Of a stretch of 64,000 bases of DNA, positions 29,009-38,500 are shown one piece after another. Positions within the stretch are counted from its first letter, which is position 1. The number at the start of each line of letters is the position of its first letter. A program made the position numbers and the translations under genes. The notes under the pieces were generated by a model, which saw only the letters and a program-made list of their open reading frames with translations, was not told the origin of the DNA and ran no database searches. Source of the DNA: Candidatus Marinacidobacterales bacterium (GTDB lineage Bacteria; Acidobacteriota; Vicinamibacteria; Marinacidobacterales; DATDRI01); the NCBI GenBank assembly GCA_965226495.1, contig OZ245365.1:5728001-5792000 (forward strand). The letters are read 5' to 3'.

Positions 29009-29209
29009 GTGCAAGGAAAAGAGCTGCGCGCCGTCCGACAAAAACTCGGCCTGACTCAAGAAGGATTCGCCGAACGCCTGGGCGTCACAGCGAACAGCGT
29101 GGCGCGGTGGGAGCGGGGCGAAATGCCGATCAACCGGCTCGTCGATAACTTCGCCCGGCTACTGAAGCGGACTGACGCGCCGACGCTGAGAGCAAAAAGG
29201 AAAAAGTAA
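29009..29209 (+). CDS. XRE-family HTH regulator (probably leaderless)
   Basis: ELRAVRQKLGLTQEGFAERLGVTANSVARWERGE; GTG 7 nt after the -10 box. Confidence 0.85.
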   Translation: MQGKELRAVRQKLGLTQEGFAERLGVTANSVARWERGEMPINRLVDNFARLLKRTDAPTLRAKRKK

Positions 29210-29215
29210 GGATCC

Positions 29216-30330
29216 ATGTCGAAAGTCTACAAGAGAAAGGACCGGGATAAGTGGATCGCGGACTTCCGCGATCACCGTGGCAAGCGTAAGCGCCAGACGG
29301 CGAAGACCCGAGGCGAAGCCGAGGATCTTCTGGCCGCTGGAATCAAAGCCGCGAAAGAGAAATCCGGCGACGCCCGCCTCGATGAGAAGAAAAACCTGGA
29401 GGAGTATGCTGCGGAGTAGCTGGAAGGCGTCAAAGCTGAGGGCGAGCTGGCACCTAGAACGCTCTATGACTACGAGAGCCACTTAACCAAGCACGTGCTA
29501 CCCGAGCTTGGGCACCTGAAGCTCAAAGACATCCCCCCCTCGGGCCGTGAAGGCTTTCCTTCGAGAGAAGAAGGCGGCGGGCTACGCCAAGAACACGGTG
29601 CGGCTCATGCGGGCAGCTCTATCGGTCGTGCTCTCCGATGCAGTTGAAGACGGTTTCATAAACACCAACCCGGCCCTCGCAACCAAAGGTGGCAGGCGGA
29701 AGCGGCCCGGCGCAATGTCAAAGGCCGAGAGACTGCAAAAGATCCGGCCCATGACGTGGGAGCAGCTTGAGAAGTTCCTCGACGCGGCCCACGGCTTCGA
29801 TCCCTTCTATGGAGTGCTCTTCGAGGTCATGGCGAAGACTGGCTTGCGACCTGGCGAGGCCCTAGCGCTCCAAGTAGACGATCTTGATCTTCCAGCTCGC
29901 AAGGCGCGGATACAGCGTGCGGTGAGCATGGGCCATGTGAAGGACACCAAGACCTCGGAGGCGAGAGACGTTGACCTGAGCACCGACCTGGTGGAGTTGC
30001 TTCGGGGCTACGTGGCTCAGCTTCAGGGAGAAGCGCTACGGAATAGCTGGGAGTTGACTTGGCTCTTTCCGAGCGCAACGAACACCCCTAGAGACCACTC
30101 CCACGTCTCGAAAGCATACCGCCGAATCCTTCGGCGTGCGGCGATCCCCAACTTTCGGCTCTACGATTTGAGGCACACCGCCGCGTCGTTGCTGCTGGCT
30201 CGGTGCGCCCCCATCACCTACGTGGCCGCGCAGCTCGGACATGCCAAGCCCACAACCACACTCACCTACTACGCCCACCACATTCCGACCGAAGGAGTGT
30301 CTTTCGCCGACTTCTCGACTCGGTACCGGA
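29216..30330 (+). pseudogene. Phage/island-type tyrosine integrase with internal TAG (29417) and frameshift in a C7 run (about 29534-29540)
   Basis: Arm-binding N-terminus, TGLRPGE, KDTK, YDLRH, LGH, YYAH; homology continues in frame past the TAG (LEGV...HVLPELGHLKLKDI); 3' end approximate. Confidence 0.85.
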
Positions 30331-30402
30331 AAAAGTTGGCACCAAAGTTGGCACCAAAACGGGTACTGAGGGGGATGAGTTACCGGAAGTGTTTGAAGGA
30401 GT

Positions 30403-30477
30403 TGGCTCCCCGGGTAGGACTCGAACCTACAGCCATCGGATTAACAGTCCGCCGCTCCACCATTGAGCTACCGGGGA
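30403..30477 (-). tRNA. tRNA-Asn(GTT)
   Basis: TCCCCGGTAGCTCAATGG...GGACTGTTAATCC...GGTTCGAGTCC...GGGAGCCA. Confidence 0.97.
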
Positions 30478-30531
30478 ATAGGGTCAGCGGGAAAAGAAGT
30501 ATAACACGACGCCTCAGGCGGGTCAGGACCG

Positions 30532-31128
30532 CTAAGTTCCTGATTTAGTCAGGTCCTGCAGCACCAGCTTGGCCACCGCTTTCAACGTATCGAAAACACC
30601 CACCCCGTTTTGGGATTTGGCGATGGCCTCCAAGACGGGCTCGGTCCTGACGGAGAGCGCTTGCTTCATCTCTTCGACCGGAACCGCGCTCGGCAGATCG
30701 CGTTTGTTGAGTTGGAGGACGTAGGGAATGATCTGAAGATCGTAACCTTGCGATTTGAGATTCCCGTCTAGATTCTGAAGGCTTTCGATATTGGCATCCA
30801 TACGCTCACGCTGTGAGTCCGCGACGAAGATGACACCGTCTACGCCCTTGAGGATGAGCTTCCGCGAGGCGTCGTAGAATACCTGTCCCGGAACGGTGTA
30901 CAAATGAAAGCGCGTCTTAAAGCCGCGGACGTTGCCGAGCTCGAGTGGGAGAAAATCGAAGAACAAAGTCCGGTCCGTCTCGGTGGCGAGAGAGATGAGC
31001 TTGCCTTTGGCACTGGGATTGGTCTTATCGTAGATGAACTGCAGGTTGGTGGTCTTCCCGCATAGCCCCGGCCCGTAGTAGACGATCTTGCAGTTGATCT
31101 CCCGCGAGGCGTAGTTGATGAAGGTCAT
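30532..31128 (-). CDS. mglA: MglA small Ras-like GTPase
   Basis: [48 protein letters not shown]. Confidence 0.97.
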   Translation of the reverse strand: MTFINYASREINCKIVYYGPGLCGKTTNLQFIYDKTNPSAKGKLISLATETDRTLFFDFLPLELGNVRGFKTRFHLYTVPGQVFYDASRKLILKGVDGVIFVADSQRERMDANIESLQNLDGNLKSQGYDLQIIPYVLQLNKRDLPSAVPVEEMKQALSVRTEPVLEAIAKSQNGVGVFDTLKAVAKLVLQDLTKSGT

Positions 31129-31149
31129 CCGTTCGTTCCTAGCTTCAGA

Positions 31150-31638
31150 TTATTCGCTAAAGAGGCTGTCGATATCCTCGTCCGTGATTTCTGCAAAGGG
31201 CGAGTCCACGCTGGAGCCGTAGGTACTTTTTTCCGTTTCGACTTTCTCCATGATCCGGACGAAGATGTCGTTTAGCACCGTGGAAGCCTTCTTTACGCGA
31301 AGTCTGACCAAGCCGAGGGATGAACGCTCATCGAAGATGACCACCAAAATGACCCGAAGCCCCACTATCGAGATGTGGATATTGTCCCGCTCACCCTCGT
31401 GGAAGAGGATCGAGAACTCCTTCTCGCCAAGGAGCTTTGCGAGGGCGTCCGTCGCCGCGACATTCCCGGCGGTCAAGGAGGCCAGGGAAGTAGTGTCCAG
31501 GCTCTCGACATCGCCGTGCGCAGCGATCTGTTGACCGTTTTTGTCAACTAGGAAAACAAGTTTTGCATTGGCGTCGACTCGGAGTTTACTGATGATGGTC
31601 TTGATCTGGTTGAACTCCTCGATGACCACGTTCGCCAT
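31150..31638 (-). CDS. mglB: MglB roadblock-domain GTPase-activating protein; 5' end of this copy looks corrupted
   Basis: FLVDKNGQ, DTTSLASLTAGNVAA, SLGLVRLRVKKA, SPFAEITDEDIDSLFSE. Confidence 0.93.
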   Translation of the reverse strand: MANVVIEEFNQIKTIISKLRVDANAKLVFLVDKNGQQIAAHGDVESLDTTSLASLTAGNVAATDALAKLLGEKEFSILFHEGERDNIHISIVGLRVILVVIFDERSSLGLVRLRVKKASTVLNDIFVRIMEKVETEKSTYGSSVDSPFAEITDEDIDSLFSE

Positions 31639-31879
31639 GACTTTGTTACCCTCCGTCCGGCTTAGGCACTCTTAATGGGGATGCCGTACAGGAAAGTCCC
31701 CGCGACGTTCCTCTAACCCGGCTCAGTACGGTGATGTCTTAAGTCAAGAAAAACGATGTATGGGCCAGGGAAGCTAGTGTCCAAAGGAGCTCATGGGAAA
31801 GGTCGACCGAGTCAGCGATTGCTCGCAAGCGTCGAGGAACAACTGGCATTTGGGGAGATGAATCTCTCGGCGATCTGTT

Positions 31880-32002
31880 GGGAGCCGACTTTTTGTCAAC
31901 TAGGAAAACAAGTTTTGCATTGGCGTCGACTCGGAGTTTACTGATGATGGTCTTGATCTGGTTGAACTCCTCGTCATACATGACCACGTCAGCGGTCGCC
32001 AT
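31880..32002 (-). other. mglB: Second copy of the mglB 5' end (MATADVVMYDEEFNQIK...), probably the true N-terminus
   Basis: Duplicates 31539-31680 but without its small deletions. Confidence 0.7.
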
Positions 32003-32140
32003 GACTTTGTTACCCTCCGTCCGGCTTAGGCACTCTTAATGGGGATGCAACTGCGGGCGTTTAATATTTATACAGGAAAGTCCCACGGAGTGCAAGCGCC
32101 GTTCCTCTAACCCATAGAGAAAAAAAGGCCAAGACCCCCC

Positions 32141-32814
32141 TCAGTACTCCCGACGTCCCTCTAGGGCCTTTAGAATCGTGACCTCGTCCGCGTAGTCTAA
32201 CTCACTGCCCACCGGGATTCCCATGGCGATTCGGGTGACCCGGATCCCGAACGGTTTGATGAGTTTCGAGAGGTAAATGGCGGTAGCCTCACCCTCGACG
32301 TTGGGGTTGGTGGCCAGGATGACCTCCTCGAACTCTCCGGCCCGTAGCCGTTCCAGGAGCCCTGAGATCTTAAGACTTGACCCTCAGTACTCCCGACGTC
32401 CCTCTAGGGCCTTTAGAATCGTGAGCTGTTCCGGGCCAACATCTTGAGCTGTTCCGGGCCAACACCTTGGAGGGGCGAAAGGGCTCCCATCAGTACGTGG
32501 TAGCGCCCCTTGAACTCGTGGGTCTTCTCGATGGCCACGACGTTGGGGGGCTCCTCAACCACGCAGAGGAGTTTGGAGCTACGATCGGCTCTGGTGCAGA
32601 AGTTACACGGGTCGACATCGGTGACGTTGTTGCAGATCTGGCACGTGGTGATCTTGTCCTTCAGGTCGCGGATGGCCTGAGAGAGGACCTGTGACTCCTC
32701 CTTATTACCACGGAGAAGGTGGAAAGCGATCCGCTGGGCGGACTTCAACCCCACGCCCGGAAGACGCTTTAGCTCCGCGATCAATTTCGATACGGGCTCC
32801 GGATAATCTTTCAC
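32141..32814 (-). CDS. recR: Recombination mediator RecR, interrupted by a mosaic duplication at about 32370-32445
   Basis: [17 protein letters not shown]...CNFC, YHVL.G.LSP; C-terminus [14 protein letters not shown]...[20 protein letters not shown] at 32141-32370. Confidence 0.9.
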
Positions 32815-33120
32815 TTAGAAGAGGCCCGGGATTTTGAGTCCGCCCGCCATGTCGCCTAGCTGGCGCTGCGTCTCCTCATCGACCTTGCGCGCGGTCTCGT
32901 TGACAGCGGCGGTAATAAGGTCCTGCAACATCTCCACGTCGTCTTTGTTGACCACTTCCGGGTCGATGGTGAAGCTGGTGATGACCTTGTTGCCGTTCAT
33001 CTGAACCGTGACCATGCCGCCGCCCGAACTTCCTTCTACTGACATGTCACCGAGCTGCTGCTTGAGTTTCTCCTGCATGACCTGTGCTTGTTTGAGTATT
33101 TGATCCATGTTCTTGAACAT
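32815..33120 (-). CDS. ybaB: YbaB/EbfC nucleoid-associated protein
   Basis: KQAQVMQ, GSSGGGMV, EMLQDLITAAVN; between dnaX and recR. Confidence 0.95.
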   Translation of the reverse strand: MFKNMDQILKQAQVMQEKLKQQLGDMSVEGSSGGGMVTVQMNGNKVITSFTIDPEVVNKDDVEMLQDLITAAVNETARKVDEETQRQLGDMAGGLKIPGLF

Positions 33121-33125
33121 CGGCT

Positions 33126-34952
33126 TTACCTCTTATTAGTGCGATCGGACCGTCGGTCGTTTCCTTCCGGCTCGGAAGGCGCTCGGCCGAGCGGTTTGAT
33201 CTCTTCGACCTCGCCCTGGAACGTCTCCAAGAAAGAGCGGACCAGTGGCTCCTTGAGCACCTTTTCTCGAAGTGCCTCCTCGGACGGCGGGGGTGGCTCG
33301 GGCGGAGACTCCTTCTTCCGATCCAATAGAGCGACCTCGACCCGCAGCGGTCGCCCAGCGCATGCGGACGCTGTTTTCTCGAGCACTTGCCTCAGCTCCT
33401 CGCTCTCGAGCTGTTCCTTGAAGAACTTCTGGTCCCCTTCGAAGCCGATATGGAGGCATTCGTCGTCTAGGCTTACGCCGTTGTGATGGGAGAGGAGCGC
33501 AGCAAGCTTTGGGTTAGCGGAACGGATGCTCTCCATAACGCGGTCGACGAGCTCGTGCGGTGCATCCTTTGGTGGGGTTGGGGGCCCTGCAGGACTGGTA
33601 GGCGCCGGGGTCGGCGGAATGTCTGCCTTCGGAGCCTCCGGCGTTGCCGCCTCCGGAACCGTTGAGGGTGAGGCCAGGGACTTCGACTGCGGCTTAGGCA
33701 CGGTGGTCCCTGTGGTCGACGTCGGTCGCGATGATGCCCGTGCAGAAGCCTTCTTTGGTATAGGGCTCGGTGCCGCGCGCTTGGGAGCACCACCCGTTCC
33801 CGGGGGGGGTGTGCCCCCCGTTGCCAGCGCTTCGAAGCGGGCTAGTAAATCCTCGAAAGAAACGAGCTCTCGAAGTTGCGCCAACTTCAAGAGCGCGACT
33901 TCCAGATGAAAGCGTGGCTCGGGAGCCCAGCGCAGTGCACCTTCGACTTGCGTGAGAAGATCGATGCTACGAATCAAATCATCTTCGGAAAGCCGACTCG
34001 AGAGCTCGGCGAGCTCCTGCGGATCCCCGGCCAGCTCGACGAGCTCTGGCGAATCCGGTGCGGCGCGAACTACCAAGAGGTCACGGAAGTATTGAATGAG
34101 CCCTCGCGCGAAACTCCTGAGATCTCGTCCCCCGCGAACCAGTTCATCGACGATGGAAAGGATGGCACCAGTCTGGCGGTCCATGATGGCCCGAGCGGTG
34201 TCGGCCAGGACCTGGTGATCGATGAGTCCCAGCAGTTCGGCTACATCTTTCTCTTCGATCTTCGTTCCCACCGCGGCGAGAACCTGATCGAGCGCCGAGA
34301 GAGCATCCCGTAGGCTGCCTTCCGCCGCCCGAGCAATTTGAGCAACTGCGGCGTCTCCGATCTCTATCCCCTCATGCTGAGCAATTTTGCGCAGCTGATC
34401 GGAGATAATTGCGCTGGGCACGGTGCGGAATTCGAATTGCTGGCACCGCGACAAAATCGTGTCCGGAATCTTGTGATACTCGGTGGTGGCGAAAATAAAC
34501 TTCACTCGGGGTGGCGGTTCCTCGAGCGTTTTGAGCAAGGCGTTGAACGCGGGCGTCGTCAACATGTGGACTTCATCGATGATGTAGATCTTGAAGCGGT
34601 CACGCGATGGAGCGTAGCGGGAGGCTTCGATGATCTCTCGCACCTGTTCGACACCATTGTTGGAGGCGCCATCGATCTCCAAGACGTCGAGACTCGTGCT
34701 GGAGGCGATCTCCAAACAAGCCGGACACTCGCCGCAGGGATTGGCGGTGGGGCCGGTGGCGCAGTTCAGTGCTTTGGCGAGAATTCTTGCGGTCGTCGTC
34801 TTGCCCACGCCGCGAACACCCGAGAAAAGGAAGGCGTGGGCCGCGCGGTCTTGCTCGATAGCGTTTCGAAGCGTGCGTGTGACGATATCTTGGCCTACGA
34901 CCTCGTTGAAAACCTTGGGGCGCCACTTGAGGGCCAGCACTTGATAGGACAT
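33126..34952 (-). CDS. dnaX: DNA polymerase III subunit gamma/tau
   Basis: YQVLALKWRP, GVRGVGKTT, CGECPAC, IIDEVHML, TILSRC. Confidence 0.97.
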   Translation of the reverse strand: MSYQVLALKWRPKVFNEVVGQDIVTRTLRNAIEQDRAAHAFLFSGVRGVGKTTTARILAKALNCATGPTANPCGECPACLEIASSTSLDVLEIDGASNNGVEQVREIIEASRYAPSRDRFKIYIIDEVHMLTTPAFNALLKTLEEPPPRVKFIFATTEYHKIPDTILSRCQQFEFRTVPSAIISDQLRKIAQHEGIEIGDAAVAQIARAAEGSLRDALSALDQVLAAVGTKIEEKDVAELLGLIDHQVLADTARAIMDRQTGAILSIVDELVRGGRDLRSFARGLIQYFRDLLVVRAAPDSPELVELAGDPQELAELSSRLSEDDLIRSIDLLTQVEGALRWAPEPRFHLEVALLKLAQLRELVSFEDLLARFEALATGGTPPPGTGGAPKRAAPSPIPKKASARASSRPTSTTGTTVPKPQSKSLASPSTVPEAATPEAPKADIPPTPAPTSPAGPPTPPKDAPHELVDRVMESIRSANPKLAALLSHHNGVSLDDECLHIGFEGDQKFFKEQLESEELRQVLEKTASACAGRPLRVEVALLDRKKESPPEPPPPSEEALREKVLKEPLVRSFLETFQGEVEEIKPLGRAPSEPEGNDRRSDRTNKR

Positions 34953-34988
34953 TTTGTCTTCGCTCGCTCTTACGGTGTTCGTTATAAA

Positions 34989-35101
34989 GCCCTGCGGTCC
35001 AGGTTCTCCTGCGGCACAGTCGAGGATCTGCTTACCGCTGCTCCCTTCCGGGTCTGACGGGGTTCACAGGTTCGGCTCGCACAGGACCTGAACCGCAGGG
35101 C
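34989..35101 (-). ncRNA. ffs: Signal recognition particle 4.5S RNA
   Basis: Long hairpin containing CAGACCCGGAAGGGAGCAGC domain IV, directly upstream of dnaX. Confidence 0.92.
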
Positions 35102-35149
35102 AGCTCAACGTCCGTTCAAAATCTTTAAAGCGCAAAAGTTCAGCGCGCA

Positions 35150-35239
35150 TGGCGGAGGGGGTGGGATTCGAACCCACGGTACGGTTGCCCGTACACGAGC
35201 TTTCCGGGCTCGCCAGATAAGCCACTCTTGCACCCCTCC
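35150..35239 (-). tRNA. tRNA-Ser(GGA), long variable arm, C at position 33
   Basis: GGAGGGGTG...CGAGC-CCGGAAA-GCTCG...GTACGGGCAACCGTAC...GGTTCGAATCCC...CCGCCA. Confidence 0.92.
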
Positions 35240-35509
35240 GTTTTCCCTAGATCTTCCCCCTCATCACTTTGCCAGCGCCGCCTCGGGCCGCCTGGGCCCG
35301 GGGAAGAAGAGCAGCATCTAACTATTGAGGAGCGACTTCGCAGGGCCGGCCGCCATTCTAGAAGCCGCACCCGGCGCTCCGACCCCGGCCAACGAGGCTA
35401 CTCTCGTCTTAACGATGGACCCGGGTTGTCGGAGGAGTGAATTATAGCCGGCGCAACGAGGGCCATCAATAGCTACCCGTCGACCCCCGTAGTTTCGCGC
35501 TTTTCGGTG

Positions 35510-38500
35510 CTAAGCTCCTCGTCGGCCGGGCGATTTGCGGGAATTCCGCCACCGGTCCGGTAGTCGCTGCATCGAGCCAGAAAACTCTTCCAAGGTGTGG
35601 TACGTGACCGGCACGACGATCAGGGTCAACGCGGTCGCGATGGTCAGACCGAAGATGACGGCGACCCCCATTGAGCTCCACCATTGAGAGGACTCACCGC
35701 CCATCGTGATAGTCCACTCGAAGAAATCGATGTTCAAGCCGACAGTTAGCGGAATGAGTCCTAGCACTGTCGTCACCGCGGTCAGGAGTACCGGCCGCAG
35801 GCGGATGACGCCCGCCTCGATGACTGCCTCCGTCCTCGGGAGGCCGGTCTTTTCGAGCTGACGAATGAAGTCGCATAGAACGATGGCGTTGTTAACCACG
35901 ACGCCTGCCAACGAGATGACACCGATGCCGGTCATGATGATTCCGAAGGGTGTCGCAGTGACGATGAGCCCCCACAACACGCCGATGAGAGACAAGACAA
36001 CCGATACCATGATGGTCAGCGGCAGTACCAAGCTGTCGAACTGAGTGACGAGAACGAGCATGATGAGCAAGACTGCAATCACAAAGGCCTTCTGAAGGAA
36101 TGCACGGGACTCCTGCTCGTCCTCATTCGATCCTGCGAATTCCCAACGGTAGCCAACCGGCCAGTTCATCGTCTGAAGGCGGTCCGCGACGTCTTGTCTT
36201 ACCGAATCCTCGGTGCGGTCTGATGCACGGACGACATCGCCATCCACGGTGACCACCCTCTTGAGATCGACGCGACGAATCGAAGCCGGGCCAACACCGG
36301 GCTCGATGCTTGCCACGGTGCGAATGGGAATGGGAATGCCGTCTTCATCGGGAACGGTGAGCTCGGCAAGATCATCGAGTGAGGCGCGGGCTTCCGGCGA
36401 TAGCCGCACGACGATGTCGTACTCGTCTTCTCCGATCCGGTACTTGGAAGCCTCGGTCCCCATGATCGCGGTCTGCACGGTGGTCGCGATGTCGCGCGTG
36501 TTCAATCCGGCAAGAGCCGCCTCGACTCGGTCGACCTTGATTCGTATTTCGGGCTTACCACGATCGAGATCGTCATCCAGATTGACTAGACCTTGCACAT
36601 CGCGGATCGTGTCTTGGACCTCGCGGGCAAGCCGCTCCAAAACCAGAAAGTCGTTTCCCGAGAGCCGGATTGTTACCGGCTTGCCCGTTTGTACTCCTTC
36701 TTGAGGCTTATCGACCTTGATGTCGGCACCGTCGATTTCGCCGAGCGCTTGTCGGGTCTCCTCCATCGTTAGAAGGGAATTTTTCCACTGGCGATCTTCG
36801 CGGTCGGGAAGATCGAGGGTCACCCGGCTCAAGTTGGAGACTGAGCTGCCCGAACCGAAGTCCTGAAGGCTCACACCGGTAGAACCCACGTTGGCGATGC
36901 GGTAGCGCAGGTCCTTGGTGCCTTTCGTGAGCTCTTCGATGCGTCTCACGATGGAATCCGAAGTCTCGAGGGTGGCGCCGCTCGGTGACTCTACGTCGAT
37001 GAGAATCTGCCGCGGCTCGATTTCGGGAAAGAATTCGAGTCCTTTCCCAAGGACGCCATAGGCAACCATCGTGCCCGCGAGGATCGCCCCCACGCTCCAA
37101 ATGACTCCGGAGCGACGATCGGTCACATAGGGTGGCCAATCTCGCAGGCGGCGGAAGAGGCTCCATCCCAGCCAGATGATCCCTTGGACGATGAAGGCAA
37201 CACCTCCCGCTGCGAAGAGCAACATCGTGAGGGGGAAGAGCAGCGGGGCCAGGGCTTCCACGACGAAGCTCACAAGAACGAAACCCGCGGCAACAACGAC
37301 GCATGCGACGAAGATCAGCAGGAGAGCCCAATTGCGATAGAACCATCCACGTTCGGTGGTGTCCGTAGCCTCGAGCACCCAGCCCAGCAATTGCCGGTAG
37401 CGAGTGAGAACCACTCCCTGCTTCCAGGATCCGCCCTGGTTCGAGGATGGCGGTTTCATGAAATAGGCAGTGAGCGTGGGGTTGAAGATCAAGGCCACGA
37501 CGAGTGAAGCGGTGAGGCCGATGATGAGTGTCACCGGCAGATAAGACATGAAGTCGCCCACGATCCCAGGCCAGAACAACATAGGCCCGAACGCGCAGAG
37601 AGTTGTGATGGTGGAAGCGATGACAGGGATCGCAACCTCATCGGTTCCCACGGAAGCCGCGGTCGGTCCGTCTTTTCCCTCCTCGCGGTGACGATAGATG
37701 TTCTCCACGATGACGACGGCGTTATCGACCAGCATTCCGAGGACAAGGATCAGGCTGAACAGGACAATCATGTTCAGCGTATAGCCCAGCATCTGGATGA
37801 CCGAGAACGACAACAGCATGGAAAGTGGGATTGCCACCGCGACGAAGACGGAGTTTCGGAACCCAAGGAAAGCCATGAGTACCAGTACGACCAGAATGAG
37901 GCCGGAAATAATGTTGTTCTCGAGCTCCGATACCATCATGCGGATGTCATGCGACACGTCGCCCACCACCGTGACCTCTGTGCCGGGAGGCCACGTCGCC
38001 TCTACCCGTTCCAGCTCCTCTTTGACGGTGTCCGCGACTTCAATGATGTTCGCACCGGTTCGCTTTTCGATGGTCAGGGTGACCGAGGGCGTGCCGTCGA
38101 GACGAGAGCGCGTCGTTTCGTCTTCGAACCCGAAGACGACACGAGCCACGTCTCGCACGTAGATGGGGCCACCGTCCCGCACCTCCACAACGAAGTCCTC
38201 GATCTCGGCGGGGCGCTCCACCTCGGCGGGGAGCCGCACCAAATACTTCAAACTGCCCACGTCGATTTCGCCGCCGGGCACGGTCAGGTTATCTTGGGAA
38301 ACCGCCGTCACGAGATCCACCAAGCTGAGCTCGTAGAAGCTCAACCGCCGGGGATCCGCGTATACATGAACCTCTCGCTCGCGTCCGCCGATGACTTGAA
38401 CTCGATTGACACCCGGGATCGCTTCCAACTCGTCCTTCAGGTCGTCGGCGATTTCCTTCAGTTGGGCCAGTCCCACCTGACCGGAGAGGCTCACCACGAG

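Larger units (their letters stand above)
24254..30402. mobile_element. Island B: 6.1-kb decaying genomic island with tyrosine integrase next to tRNA-Asn
   Basis: att repeats at both ends, TGGCACCA arm-like repeats at 24360/24371 and 30337/30349, integrase remnant. Confidence 0.85.

Noticed and set aside
29216-30330. Tyrosine recombinase as the integron integrase for the cassette array
   Set aside because: It has a phage-type arm-binding N-terminus, sits at the tRNA att site 8 kb away in a separate island, and shows no recognisable IntI-specific insertion; an HMM search would confirm
31530-32460. Diversity-generating retroelement TR/VR pair
   Set aside because: Differences between copies are deletions rather than adenine-specific substitutions, and no reverse transcriptase is present
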